Of a stretch of DNA of 64,000 nucleotides, positions 15,798 to 26,080 are shown one piece after another (positions within the stretch are counted from its first letter, which is position 1; every line of letters begins with the position of its first letter). Under the pieces are notes generated by a model that saw nothing but the letters and a program-made list of their open reading frames with translations, was not told the origin of the DNA and ran no database searches. Position numbers and translations under genes: made by a program. The DNA comes from a virus (Duplodnaviria > Caudoviricetes), in the IMG/VR virus record IMGVR_UViG_3300025889_000109, positions 1,292 through 65,291 of that record; one strand, given 5' to 3'.

Positions 15798-16350
15798 ATT
15801 TAATTGAAATTGAATTAAGTGGTACTCTATATAATTTTTCTGAGTCAATTATAAACTCATATTCGCTATTTGGTGTAAAACCAATCAAATCATTATCTTG
15901 TAGTCCAAAAGCTTTTATATCGTCTCCTAAATGCTTTAAAACACCAATTAATGGTTCTTCTTTAGTATCATAAAATATATTTAGACTATGTATTGGTTTT
16001 ACAAAGCAGAAACCGCTTGGAGTATACCATTTACCATTCCTTTTGTACAAAAATATTTGATCTGAAAAACAAAAGTATTTGTTTTCTTCAAAATAATTAC
16101 GACTGTTTTTTTCATTGCCGCGAATATCATAATATCTTCTAAATACATTATGGTGAATAATTACTTCATCACCTATTTGTAAATCATATTCATCTTTAAT
16201 AATAGGAGTTTCAATTATAATACCATTCCTATTTACAAATTTATGATCTTCTATTGATGTATTTAATATTAATTCCTTGTCTTCAACATTTTTCTTATTA
16301 TTGTATCTTCCTTCAATTGGTTCTACAATATAAGCATGTGTATGCTTCAT
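15742..16350 (-). CDS. Conserved phage protein, possibly a tandem GroES-like fold
   Basis: 202 aa; IVEP...LILNT...G.II..P...IGDEVI.HH, with a second similar FVKP...G half. Confidence 0.45.
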   Translation of the reverse strand: MKHTHAYIVEPIEGRYNNKKNVEDKELILNTSIEDHKFVNRNGIIIETPIIKDEYDLQIGDEVIIHHNVFRRYYDIRGNEKNSRNYFEENKYFCFSDQIFLYKRNGKWYTPSGFCFVKPIHSLNIFYDTKEEPLIGVLKHLGDDIKAFGLQDNDLIGFTPNSEYEFIIDSEKLYRVPLNSISIKYERKGTEIEYNPKWVGSL

Positions 16351-16568
16351 TAATAATCTAGATTAAATTCAATTGATATTGCCATGTTTTTATTAAAATG
16401 TTTCCAAGGCAATACTTCGTCATTCTTTTTTATATATATTACGTATCCTTCTTCTTCTTCAAGTATTTCAGATATTGTATGGCCTCCAAATACTTCTTGG
16501 CCAATTGAATAATGCATTGCGTCGTTTTTATAATCACGACCAATACTAATTTTTCTTATTAAATTCAT
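16350..16568 (-). CDS. Hypothetical protein
   Basis: 72-aa ORF, translationally coupled to the downstream gene. Confidence 0.65.
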   Translation of the reverse strand: MNLIRKISIGRDYKNDAMHYSIGQEVFGGHTISEILEEEEGYVIYIKKNDEVLPWKHFNKNMAISIEFNLDY

Positions 16569-16638
16569 TTTTATTTTATTTAATTTTTCTATTGTTTATG
16601 CTATTGCATTAAATCCGTAAATCTTTAATTGTTCCATT

Positions 16639-17319
16639 TTATTCGTTGTATAACGCAGAAATTTCATCGATATCAAGAACCCTTGAAAAAATATACATTT
16701 GGTCAACAATTACATTTGGTATGTGAAAACTACCATAAGACGAACGACCAAAAACGCATTGTGATGCATTTGGTAAATCGGTTCCATCAGCAGTGTAGCT
16801 TCTACTGAAGCTTCCATTTACATAAGTTGAAACGGTGTTAGTACTACTATCGTAAGTAACAACACAATGATAATAATTTGTATTGTCATAAGCGGGAAAA
16901 TCGTTTGAAGAAAAATCGTCATAAGCGCCTCCGCCATAAATTTGTCTATTTGTTCCGTCATCTCTAACAGAAAAGACATAACCTGTTGAAATACTACCTT
17001 TACTTAACAATTTATGAACCGAATTTGTCGGAATTCCGTTAAATTTTAGCCAAGCAGAAGCACTATAAGATTCAAATGCACCGCCCGAAGTAAAATCCAT
17101 TGAAATTGTGGCATATTCACTGCTTCCATTAAAATTTGTTCCATAAGTATCGAATTTGGAATTTGTTGAATATTCAAAAGTTCCACTTGCAACACTCATG
17201 TTGTAGTTTCCCGTTTCATCATTTAAGTTGTTTTCAAACTTATACAATGCATCGTAATCGGTAGGAATACCACCTGCAGCACCACCCACTTGGTCAATAA
17301 GTCTTTTATTTAATCCCAT
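16639..17319 (-). CDS. LamG/concanavalin-like lectin domain fibre protein
   Basis: YKFENNLND, SASAWLK, YYHCVVTYD...YVNG, DQMYIFSRVL...EI..LY. Confidence 0.75.
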   Translation of the reverse strand: MGLNKRLIDQVGGAAGGIPTDYDALYKFENNLNDETGNYNMSVASGTFEYSTNSKFDTYGTNFNGSSEYATISMDFTSGGAFESYSASAWLKFNGIPTNSVHKLLSKGSISTGYVFSVRDDGTNRQIYGGGAYDDFSSNDFPAYDNTNYYHCVVTYDSSTNTVSTYVNGSFSRSYTADGTDLPNASQCVFGRSSYGSFHIPNVIVDQMYIFSRVLDIDEISALYNE

Positions 17320-17781
17320 TTATATAAAACTTGGAAGTTCATAATCAATAACACTTGCCTTTGTTGTTAAAGCATTTATTTCTGCCTCCTTATCATTTGC
17401 TTCATTTCTTAAATTAGCTCTTTCGTATTTAATTGTATCAGGAGTAACAACACCTGTTTCAGACTCTCTAACAATATACCAATCAGTTTTTGCAAGTTGT
17501 GAATTGTACATTGCTTTTAAATTAGCAATCTTTTGTTCTTTTAATTCAGCAACCGTTTGGGTGTATGTTCTTGATTCTACGGGATAAGTAAATACTTCAG
17601 CATCCGCATCAAAAAATATGTCGCCAAGTCGTTCCGATTGTTTTGTAGCTGGGGTCACTACAGGATAGAATCCATAGGAAGCTCCATCTGTTATGTTTAA
17701 ATGTGTTCCATTCTCATCATTCCAAACCTTTGGGAGTTTAGAAAATGTTTTTATAGTTCCGTTTAAATCTATTGCTATCAT
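17320..17781 (-). CDS. Tail fibre assembly chaperone-like protein
   Basis: L..TDWYIVR..E..R..LR motif; ATGA overlap with the upstream gene at 17778-17781. Confidence 0.55.
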   Translation of the reverse strand: MIAIDLNGTIKTFSKLPKVWNDENGTHLNITDGASYGFYPVVTPATKQSERLGDIFFDADAEVFTYPVESRTYTQTVAELKEQKIANLKAMYNSQLAKTDWYIVRESETGVVTPDTIKYERANLRNEANDKEAEINALTTKASVIDYELPSFI

Positions 17782-18128
17782 ACCGCTTCTTGACTTATAG
17801 ATGCCCACTGTTCAGTTGCACCGTTGGTTGCTACTATTTGAATTAGGTTTGATACTGTCCCATCATATGTCCCAGATATAACCTTAACTGACGCTGGAAG
17901 AGTCAATGTAAAGTCCCCTGTGATTACAAGGTCTTTAACCATCCCAGTTGATACGTTTGAAAATGTCAATGTATCGTTTGCTGTTAATGTCTTAGTAAAC
18001 ACTTGAGCTGTATTAAAGTCTACATCGCTTGCAGATAATGCAGCAGCTGTTGTAAACTCAGCCCCAAGTTTATCATATGATACAGCATCGTCATTTAATA
18101 CTGCTGATGTTACTCTAGTTAAAGCCAT
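17778..18128 (-). CDS. Small virion fibre-associated protein
   Basis: MALTRV N-terminus similar to neighbouring fibre genes; beta-rich. Confidence 0.5.
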   Translation of the reverse strand: MALTRVTSAVLNDDAVSYDKLGAEFTTAAALSASDVDFNTAQVFTKTLTANDTLTFSNVSTGMVKDLVITGDFTLTLPASVKVISGTYDGTVSNLIQIVATNGATEQWASISQEAV

Positions 18129-18155
18129 AATTATTTATTTATTCTGTTTTTTTTA

Positions 18156-18440
18156 TTAATATTCAGCGTCTTTTAAAAACAAAGAGTTAAATATTGTGTT
18201 GTCCTCTAACGCCACTGCTTCATGAAAAACATTAGCCGGCAGCGTAATACTATTTGTTATTTTATTCAATATATGTTTTTCACTACCTATTGTTATAAGC
18301 ATACTTCCTGAAAGAACATCTATTGTATGCTCCGCTTTATGTTCGTGTCCAGGTAATCCATAGCCTTTATTTACAAAATAATTAAAAACATTTACATTCC
18401 CAAAACTATAAGTATATTCTACGTCTTTAGCTAAAACCAT
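18156..18440 (-). CDS. Cupin-fold protein
   Basis: HEH...H..DVLSG and LPANVFHEAVALEDNT. Confidence 0.7.
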   Translation of the reverse strand: MVLAKDVEYTYSFGNVNVFNYFVNKGYGLPGHEHKAEHTIDVLSGSMLITIGSEKHILNKITNSITLPANVFHEAVALEDNTIFNSLFLKDAEY

Positions 18441-18441
18441 A

Positions 18442-19941
18442 TTAATAAAATAATCTTACTACTCCATTTGCTCCATTACCGCCTGTTCTACCATTATAAT
18501 TAGAGTGGGCTTCGGGCTGGTCATTAATAGCGGCTGTGATAGTTGGTGCAAATCCATTACCCGCTGACCCTGTTGAATTTATAGTTGAATTTGTTCCAGA
18601 TGTAGATAAGTTACCAAATGAGGTTTGTCCTCCCGCTGCTCCAGCGCTACCACCTCGTGGACCATTTGAACCGTTCGCATAGCCCCCTCTAAAATAACCA
18701 CCTACACCACCAGCGCCTCCAGCACCGATAGTTACAGAAATTGAATCCCCAGGAGTAGTTGATATTGTTGTTGGAGAAGTATATACAGCACCACCGCCAT
18801 TACCGCCCGCTCCACCTACGTAATTTCCTCCAGTTGAACCAGATCCACCTTTGTATGAACTAGCAGCCCCAACACCACCGCCAGCTCCGCCACCACCCGT
18901 AGCATATCCACAACCGCCACCAGAGCCGCCGCCGCCACCGCCGCCGCCACCAGCAGCTAATTCCACTTGAACGGATGTAATGCCAATAGGAACAGTCCAT
19001 GTGCCCGAAGTCGTTATAAGCTCAGAAGTTTGATCTCTAAATGAAATAGAAAACGCCCGTGGCGTAGATTGCCCTTCGTTATCTGTAGCCGTAATTGTAA
19101 AATTAAAAGTTGTTACACCAGGATTGTACATAGTACCCGTAATGTCACCTGTACTCGTATTTAAAGAAAAACCATTTGGTAATGATCCTGATGTTAATGA
19201 ATACGTTATTGTTCCGTTATCTGGCTCTGTTGCTCGTACAGGTATTGTTACATTTCCTGTATTAGTTCTTAATAAAGAAGCCAACGATCCAGAAGGAGTT
19301 GTCCATGCTGGCACCCCGTTATAAGATATACCATTTACAGAAGTTGCAACAAATCCGCCATTACCCGTTACTACTACATTGTAGTCTCCAGCAGATAAAG
19401 CAGGCGTTGTAAACCTTAATTCTGTTCCAGAAATATAGGTTACAGAAGATACTGTTGTACTCCCTATAGTTACTGTTGAACTTGGTATAAAATTTGTCCC
19501 TATAATAGTTATAGTTTCACCACCTGCAGGATCAGTAGCTGTATTTGATCCTGAATAACTAATAGATGTAATTGTAGGAGTAGTACCAGAACCTGATGAT
19601 TCTGTAACTAAAAGCCAACCTCTTCCGCTGCCTGAATAAACAAGCCTAGCTGTTTGTTCGTTTGTATCTAATGTTAAATTATTATTTGCTCCTTTTATAT
19701 TTAAAGAACCTGGATTTATAATAATATTATTAGTAGAAGCAGAAGAAGAATAATCTACTATGATAATCTCATCCCCTATTAATGGGTTTGAAGGCAATGT
19801 AACTGTTATTGCAGCTGAAGAAGTATTTAATAAATATCCCTCTCCGCTTACTGCTGTAAAATCTTCAGTTTTAGGGTCAGCTTGCCAGTCTGTCCCTAAA
19901 GAGCCGTCAATTAAATCTGTTGTAAGTTTTGTTAATGCCAT
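18442..19941 (-). CDS. Fibre/adhesin protein with IPT/TIG and Ig-like domains and a Gly-rich C-terminus
   Basis: PTITSIS...GGETITIIGTNF, GSLPNGFSLNTSTGDITGT, GTWTVP.G...GGGGGG. Confidence 0.7.
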   Translation of the reverse strand: MALTKLTTDLIDGSLGTDWQADPKTEDFTAVSGEGYLLNTSSAAITVTLPSNPLIGDEIIIVDYSSSASTNNIIINPGSLNIKGANNNLTLDTNEQTARLVYSGSGRGWLLVTESSGSGTTPTITSISYSGSNTATDPAGGETITIIGTNFIPSSTVTIGSTTVSSVTYISGTELRFTTPALSAGDYNVVVTGNGGFVATSVNGISYNGVPAWTTPSGSLASLLRTNTGNVTIPVRATEPDNGTITYSLTSGSLPNGFSLNTSTGDITGTMYNPGVTTFNFTITATDNEGQSTPRAFSISFRDQTSELITTSGTWTVPIGITSVQVELAAGGGGGGGGGSGGGCGYATGGGGAGGGVGAASSYKGGSGSTGGNYVGGAGGNGGGAVYTSPTTISTTPGDSISVTIGAGGAGGVGGYFRGGYANGSNGPRGGSAGAAGGQTSFGNLSTSGTNSTINSTGSAGNGFAPTITAAINDQPEAHSNYNGRTGGNGANGVVRLFY

Positions 19942-19957
19942 AGTGCAAAATTACAAT

Positions 19958-20284
19958 TTATAATTCAGCTGGTGCTGTTGGTTTTATATTTGGAAAATCT
20001 TCTGTTGTTGTCCAGTCTCTTAATTGTTGTCTGTATGTTATCCAAGCTGCGTGATTTGGAAAATCTGTTAATGGAACTATGAAGTCTGTTCTTGCGAGCT
20101 CTGTGTTTCTCCAAATTTTAGATTGAATTGCATTAGAATTGCTTATAGCTTCTTGCGATGCTTCAATATGATGTTTTTTAACAACAAGTCCATCTGAATA
20201 TGTATACTCTATTAAATCATTATTAATAGGATTTTCATTTCTTGATGAATCAGTTAAGTTTATTTTATTAATAATAGTTCTCAT
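19958..20284 (-). CDS. Phage tail assembly chaperone-like protein
   Basis: WRNTELARTD...W.TYRQQLRDW..FP..P motif. Confidence 0.65.
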   Translation of the reverse strand: MRTIINKINLTDSSRNENPINNDLIEYTYSDGLVVKKHHIEASQEAISNSNAIQSKIWRNTELARTDFIVPLTDFPNHAAWITYRQQLRDWTTTEDFPNIKPTAPAEL

Positions 20285-20286
20285 AA

Positions 20287-21060
20287 TTACAATGTTTGTA
20301 ATAAACAGCCTGCTTGACCATATCCTGTCCCACTGGTTGCGTATGCTTGGTTCACATAATATTCTACCTTACAAGAATTTTCAAAATATAACTTAGGAAG
20401 ATCTCCAGCATATATTGCAGCCTCTGTTGGTAATACTGATTGCCAAGATGTGGAAGCAGGGGTAAGCCCCGCTTTAATTGTTATATAGTCAGAAGACGCT
20501 GATGGATATTGAAGATACGAAGATCTTGAAAGTACCAGCGGGCTTGGTATTGAACTATTGGAAGCTGTGCTCCATCCAGTCCATATATTAGCGCCTAACC
20601 AACAACCAAGAAGCATTGCATAATTCCCTGACGTATTTACAGCATTTGCAAGTATTTCGTTTGTAAAAGTATATACAGTGCCATCAATTGTTAATCTAAC
20701 GGAAGATTGAGTACCAACGGTGCTTTGAGCTTCATGAGGCGTAATAACCCAAAATAAAAATCCACCGTTTGTTGCGCCTGTAATGTCAGCTATAGTATTC
20801 CATTGAGCATCATTAGATGTTGTTAGTGCGTGAGTATAAAAATTTGGCGATAATTGGTATCCATTAGTAGTAGCCCAGCTAATGTCATTTGCGCTTGTCC
20901 CACCTACTCCAACATAATTTGTATATTGGCTTGCTTGTCTTGCCCATGCCTGCGTTGGCTTTGTATAAACATTGTTATATATTTCGCCACCTACTTCTTT
21001 TGTTATTGCCTGTGATGGACCGCCTCCTGCTGCTGGAAAAAAATCTGAAAAATTACTCAT
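20287..21060 (-). CDS. Putative fibre tip/virion protein
   Basis: MSNFSDFFPAAGGG start; located in the fibre cassette. Confidence 0.5.
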   Translation of the reverse strand: MSNFSDFFPAAGGGPSQAITKEVGGEIYNNVYTKPTQAWARQASQYTNYVGVGGTSANDISWATTNGYQLSPNFYTHALTTSNDAQWNTIADITGATNGGFLFWVITPHEAQSTVGTQSSVRLTIDGTVYTFTNEILANAVNTSGNYAMLLGCWLGANIWTGWSTASNSSIPSPLVLSRSSYLQYPSASSDYITIKAGLTPASTSWQSVLPTEAAIYAGDLPKLYFENSCKVEYYVNQAYATSGTGYGQAGCLLQTL

Positions 21061-21071
21061 AATTTATTTAT

Positions 21072-23486
21072 TTATGCCCCTTCAACGCCTATTAGTACCC
21101 ACCCTTGTGTAGAGCCAGCGTATATAAGCTCAAATCCAGAGTTTAATTTATCTATTGTTAAATCTGTTGCGCTACCCATTATGTTTTCTCCATTTCTTGC
21201 TATAATACAAGTTGCAACACCTGATCTATTTGAAACCTTAATACTATCCCCATCGCTGGGTGTAGCTGGTAGAGTAAGAGTTAAATTTGCTGTTAATACA
21301 TACAAAGTATTTTTAACTGCAGTTGTATCTGTTGAAATTACAGACACATTGATATTTGGATTAGAAACAACATTATTCAACCCCCCTGTTGATTTAACCT
21401 CTATAGTTGAACCATTTGGAGGTGCAGTTGAAAATGTCAAGGTACTTCCAGATAGACTAAATGTATCTTTCTGCTGATATAATCCATTAATGTAAACATC
21501 TATAGCATTCTCACTAGCAGGGCTTGTTGAAAGTGTATAATCAACTTGTGATCCTGTTCCGTTAAAATTGTCTACATAAAGAGTGTCATTGAATATAGAC
21601 ACTGCACCCACTGTAATAACCTCAATACTATAACCACTTAGAGGTGCCGTAGTGAAAGTTAATGTTGTTCCGCTTATAGAATATGTATCCTTCTCTTGAT
21701 ACACACCCTGTATAAATACAAAAGAATTATCAACTGTAACGCCTTGTGTTAAAGTGAAATCTGTTTGCAACCCTGTACCAGTAAACTGGTTGCTATTCAA
21801 AGTTGAATAAGTTGCGGGTGTAAAATGCACGACCTCTATTGCACTACCACTTGGAGGTGCGGTGGAAAAAGTGATAGTAGTTCCAGAAGTCGTATAATTA
21901 TCTTTAGACTGATAAACTCCGTCTATGTATACTTGTGTAACGTTTTCGTCTGTAACGTCCTTAGAAGCCGTGAAATTGACTGTAGAAGCGTCCCCAGTAA
22001 ACGTATCTGTATAAACTTTTGATAATACGGAAATAAAATGTACAACTTCAACTTCAGCTCCTGCTGGAACTCCTGTTGAAAATGTTATTGTTGATCCGTT
22101 TGTTGTGTAATTACTTTTAGCTTGATATACCCCATCAATATACACTTGTGTATTACTCGATGCAGTTATAGCTGATGATATTGTAAACGCTGTTTGTAAT
22201 GCAGTGGCAGTAAATACGTCTCTTTCTATTAAGAGCTCTCCTCCTCCACCGCCTCCAGAACCTGCAATAGCACCCCATGCGGTACCATTGTATCCTTCAA
22301 ACTGATTACTAGTAGTATTGAATCTAAACATACCAGCAACACCTGTTGGGCGCTCAGCGTCTGTGCCAGTTGGCATTTCAACTGCTCCAGTAGAATTAAC
22401 GTGTAATCCACCAACAGTAACACTATTTGTAGTAGAATTACCTCTGCCAGTTACATCATCTAATGTATCTGTTTCAGTATACCCTACACCTGCATTCCAA
22501 TTTGATATATCTTGAGCTGTAATACCCGAAGCTGCTGAAGCCGAAAACACTGGGTCTGTTTCACTAAATGAAGTTAAATACCCTTGTGTACTATGATCTC
22601 CCCAGCTATAAGCTGTATCCCAATTTGTAATATCTGTACCTATAATACCAGCAGCGGGTGATGCACTAAATACAGGATCTGTTTCAGATATTAAATATGT
22701 ATTACTATCTACAGAACCATCTGCTTTTAAAAACTCTGTTGCGGAACCACCTGTTTTTGTAAATGACGTAGCTTCTAATCCACCAGTCATTGTATCACCA
22801 GCTACATCAACAAACTTAGTATCTGCTTCTGTTTCTGTATAATATGTATCGTTTAAGCTAGCATTAACCCAATAACCTAATGTTGAATCATATCTTATTA
22901 CATCATTAGGAGCTACTGTGGTAATTTTAACATCATGTATTTCACCAAGTTCATATCCGTTTTGAATTTTAACAAATATAGAACCATTATTTTGCTGGCA
23001 TCTTACTGCATACCCAATAAAAACTGCATGATTAGGGGTAGTTGGAATTGTATTGATAATTTGTCCAGCAGTTGTAGAAAGCCATAGTGTTTGTCCAGGC
23101 GAAAAACTACCTGTATTTATTCCTTCAACAATACCTTCTAATACGACTTTACCAGTTGAGTTATTTGCTATTGTTTCTGCTGTTACGGCAAATGTTTTTG
23201 AAGATCCAACTTCAGTAGATGCTGTTGACAATGCTATTGTAACATGATCAGAGGATCCAGAACCACCATTAACGTAAACAACAGAACCGATTGGTATTGA
23301 TGATCCTGTTTCGTTTCTTACCTCGTAAGATATAACTGAAACCTCTGCTGCTTGCCCTAAATCAGACCACGCTGTAGTACCTGTTGCTGCATCAGTTAAT
23401 TTAATATACTGACCAGTAGTACCTACATTAGGTGGCAAAACATAGGCATCGTTTATTTTTACGTTATTAAGAAAACGATTTGCCAT
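21072..23486 (-). CDS. Fibre/baseplate-wedge-like structural protein with four internal repeats of about 75 aa
   Basis: Four copies of F.G...T.F......VYIDGVYQ..Y...G.T.TFSTAP..G..IEV; two ETDPVFSAS repeats; G.FRFNTT..FEGY motif. Confidence 0.7.
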   Translation of the reverse strand: MANRFLNNVKINDAYVLPPNVGTTGQYIKLTDAATGTTAWSDLGQAAEVSVISYEVRNETGSSIPIGSVVYVNGGSGSSDHVTIALSTASTEVGSSKTFAVTAETIANNSTGKVVLEGIVEGINTGSFSPGQTLWLSTTAGQIINTIPTTPNHAVFIGYAVRCQQNNGSIFVKIQNGYELGEIHDVKITTVAPNDVIRYDSTLGYWVNASLNDTYYTETEADTKFVDVAGDTMTGGLEATSFTKTGGSATEFLKADGSVDSNTYLISETDPVFSASPAAGIIGTDITNWDTAYSWGDHSTQGYLTSFSETDPVFSASAASGITAQDISNWNAGVGYTETDTLDDVTGRGNSTTNSVTVGGLHVNSTGAVEMPTGTDAERPTGVAGMFRFNTTSNQFEGYNGTAWGAIAGSGGGGGGELLIERDVFTATALQTAFTISSAITASSNTQVYIDGVYQAKSNYTTNGSTITFSTGVPAGAEVEVVHFISVLSKVYTDTFTGDASTVNFTASKDVTDENVTQVYIDGVYQSKDNYTTSGTTITFSTAPPSGSAIEVVHFTPATYSTLNSNQFTGTGLQTDFTLTQGVTVDNSFVFIQGVYQEKDTYSISGTTLTFTTAPLSGYSIEVITVGAVSIFNDTLYVDNFNGTGSQVDYTLSTSPASENAIDVYINGLYQQKDTFSLSGSTLTFSTAPPNGSTIEVKSTGGLNNVVSNPNINVSVISTDTTAVKNTLYVLTANLTLTLPATPSDGDSIKVSNRSGVATCIIARNGENIMGSATDLTIDKLNSGFELIYAGSTQGWVLIGVEGA

Positions 23487-23494
23487 AATTTAAA

Positions 23495-24652
23495 TTATAA
23501 TTTGTATATCAATACTCTTATATCGTTTGTAGATGGAGCATTTGCAAATGTTACTGTAATTTGATTAATACTGTTTCTAACTACATCAGCATAAACAGTA
23601 TCGTATGTTGAATTATCATAAAGTTGTACAATAACATCCAATGTACCTAAATTGTGCGAAACAGCATAAGCTAATGTAGAACCATCACCAATAGATGTTT
23701 TATAAGTGAAATCTGTAAAATCTAATGCTAGACCATATTCTTTAATTCTATTATCTGTACCAGATAATGTTTCAGAAACTGTAATTCCACTTCCGCTTGC
23801 TGCAGTAACAGTTACATCTTCTACTGAATCCGCATATGTTGCAATTCTTTGGTAATTACCATTTGCATCTTGAATTTCCCATACATCAGTTGATTCATTC
23901 CAAATTAATGATCTATTTGCTGAAGTACCTCTTTCAATTTCAATCCCTGCATCTTGTGATGGCGCACCTGTTTCGTCAGCATTTAATACAATAATATTGT
24001 CGCCAATATTTACAGTATTTGAATTTACTGTTGTAGTTGTGCCATTTACAGTTAAATCACCATCAATAACCATATTACCAGCAATATCAACAGTATCTGT
24101 TGTAGCATTACCTAATGTTACATTACCGTTTACAGTTAATGCATTAGTTACTGTAAGATCATTTGTAACTGTTAAATCATTACCAATAGTTACATTATTT
24201 GGTAATCCAATTGTAATTGTATCACCGTCACCAAATGTTTGGCCTGTACCTGATGTTACAACCTCAATTTCATTTAAAGTACCATTTGCTGTAATTGATA
24301 TAGCGCCTACGGCATTTGTAATTACATTTGTTACATAACTATAAATTTGATCCCCAGTAGCTAAAGCTGTACCCCCTTGCGTAACAGCAGCAGTTACAAT
24401 AGCAACTGTTGGATTTGGGCCATTTGGATTTGTTACTGTAATTTGATTTCCAGTTGTAGTCGTGACACTTCTAATGTCACCAGAAGCATCAATCCAAGCT
24501 GTACTGTCATAAAAATACAGTTTCCCATCTGTTGAATTATAATAAATCTGCCCTGTAGCTGGATTTAAAGGTGCAGTTGCTAAAACATGAATAACCCCAT
24601 TTTGGATTTCATTCTTGTTTAAGTCAATACTGTTTAAATAATTTATTGCCAT
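23495..24652 (-). CDS. Fibre-like structural protein
   Basis: GDLTVNGTTTTVNS..DNIIVLN..AGIEIERGT..WNES, C-terminal HNLGT.DV.VQLYD. Confidence 0.65.
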   Translation of the reverse strand: MAINYLNSIDLNKNEIQNGVIHVLATAPLNPATGQIYYNSTDGKLYFYDSTAWIDASGDIRSVTTTTGNQITVTNPNGPNPTVAIVTAAVTQGGTALATGDQIYSYVTNVITNAVGAISITANGTLNEIEVVTSGTGQTFGDGDTITIGLPNNVTIGNDLTVTNDLTVTNALTVNGNVTLGNATTDTVDIAGNMVIDGDLTVNGTTTTVNSNTVNIGDNIIVLNADETGAPSQDAGIEIERGTSANRSLIWNESTDVWEIQDANGNYQRIATYADSVEDVTVTAASGSGITVSETLSGTDNRIKEYGLALDFTDFTYKTSIGDGSTLAYAVSHNLGTLDVIVQLYDNSTYDTVYADVVRNSINQITVTFANAPSTNDIRVLIYKL

Positions 24653-24658
24653 GTGTGT

Positions 24659-24991
24659 TTAGTTTAAATATGCCTTACCCGCAAAAGGTGCAGAAAATTG
24701 CAATGTTAATCGGTTATTATTATTATATGTTTGGTATCCGACAACAACATTATCTGCAGAATCAACAATTGTTACAGATGGAAACGATTCTAAATCGTGT
24801 TGTATTATCCATGTACTTGCCGGTATAATTTGTTCAAAAATATATGTTGGCGTTAATGATTGGCTTACATATTCTGCTAATACGTTTAATGGAAAGTTAA
24901 CGGTAGCATTGTTATTATCATAATCTGTACCAATTACCATATCCTGATTACTCAGGTTAGTATCTTTTATATATGTACTTATTCTAGCCAT
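24659..24991 (-). CDS. Small structural protein
   Basis: MARISTY start; W.I.H.L..FPSVT...F.GKAYLN C-terminus. Confidence 0.55.
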   Translation of the reverse strand: MARISTYIKDTNLSNQDMVIGTDYDNNNATVNFPLNVLAEYVSQSLTPTYIFEQIIPASTWIIQHDLESFPSVTIVDSADNVVVGYQTYNNNNRLTLQFSAPFAGKAYLN

Positions 24992-25451
24992 TCTTATCGT
25001 CTTTTTTTACAGCAGCACCAAAATAATATCCAAAAATACTTAATGCAACCCCTTCAACAATACCAATCATATGAATAAAGATTTCTTTATTTGTTTCTGG
25101 TACTTGTGTTGTTACAACAGTATAAACTAAAAAAGCAAAAGCCGCAAGCCCAACAATACCCGTTAAGGACATCATCCAATCCTTTTTACCAGAAGCAGCA
25201 ACGGCCGCTTCACGCTTTCTAGCTGAATCTCTATCTTCTACTTCTAAACGATAAAGTTCAACCAGTTGGTCATGAGCAGCTGCTTTTTCCTCTTCAGACA
25301 TATCAGGGTCAGAATCAATAAGATTTTTAATAACACCTAATACACCTGAATTTGGTAATACTTTGCTTGCGCCTTTAACAACACCAGGCAAAACACCTAA
25401 TAGTATTTTACCTAGTCCTGTTTCTTTAAAAGGTTTTTTTTCTTTAGACAT
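24984..25451 (-). CDS. Holin-like membrane protein
   Basis: DR.SAR.RE followed by two hydrophobic helices ending YYFG. Confidence 0.6.
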   Translation of the reverse strand: MSKEKKPFKETGLGKILLGVLPGVVKGASKVLPNSGVLGVIKNLIDSDPDMSEEEKAAAHDQLVELYRLEVEDRDSARKREAAVAASGKKDWMMSLTGIVGLAAFAFLVYTVVTTQVPETNKEIFIHMIGIVEGVALSIFGYYFGAAVKKDDKNG

Positions 25452-25733
25452 TTATTCTTTTGGTTTTCTACCAGTTCTTGGTTTGCCGGTTATAGCACCG
25501 GGTAAATCACCTATTTGATTACCTACTTCTTTAATCGCTGCACCAACGTCATTCATTTCTTGAACTACTCTTTGTGCTCTTTCTTTAATTTCAGCCGCTG
25601 CATCTTCTACAGAATCTGCAATACCGTCTTTGTCACTATCTTTAATTTTACCTGTATATAGATAAATTAAATAAAAGTTCAATAAAATTGATAATAAAGT
25701 GATAATAATTAAAATAGTTGTAATTGTATTCAT
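25452..25733 (-). CDS. Single-pass membrane protein (lysis module, possibly spanin-like)
   Basis: N-terminal TM helix, DSDKDGIAD, coiled coil; likely start MNTITT. Confidence 0.45.
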   Translation of the reverse strand: MNTITTILIIITLLSILLNFYLIYLYTGKIKDSDKDGIADSVEDAAAEIKERAQRVVQEMNDVGAAIKEVGNQIGDLPGAITGKPRTGRKPKE

Positions 25734-25747
25734 AGTATAAAATTTAG

Positions 25748-26080
25748 TTAACAGTTCCATCTTCTTCTTGCGGCTTTACCTCTTTCGCCGGTCCATCCTT
25801 TTGATCTAGCGCAGAATGATTTTCTTCTTTTAGCCGCTTTGCTATCCGGATCTAATTTAGATGGCGGAGTAGTTACAGCTGTTTGCAATTTACTTCCAGG
25901 GTTATCTTTCTTGTATTTATTTACACCCTTTTGAGACATACCGCCGCCAGCAGCAGCACCAGTTCCTGTGGGTTTAGCTTCATTGTAATACCCTAAAGAC
26001 TTCTTTTTTGAGGGGGCTGGTGGTTTCGCTTTTTTAGCAAGTGGTGATGATTTTACTTTTGAGGTAATTGGATTATGCAT
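25748..26080 (-). CDS. Basic conserved phage protein
   Basis: GGM..KGV..Y...NPGSKL..AV..RRKSFCAR..W.C. Confidence 0.6.
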   Translation of the reverse strand: MHNPITSKVKSSPLAKKAKPPAPSKKKSLGYYNEAKPTGTGAAAGGGMSQKGVNKYKKDNPGSKLQTAVTTPPSKLDPDSKAAKRRKSFCARSKGWTGERGKAARRRWNC

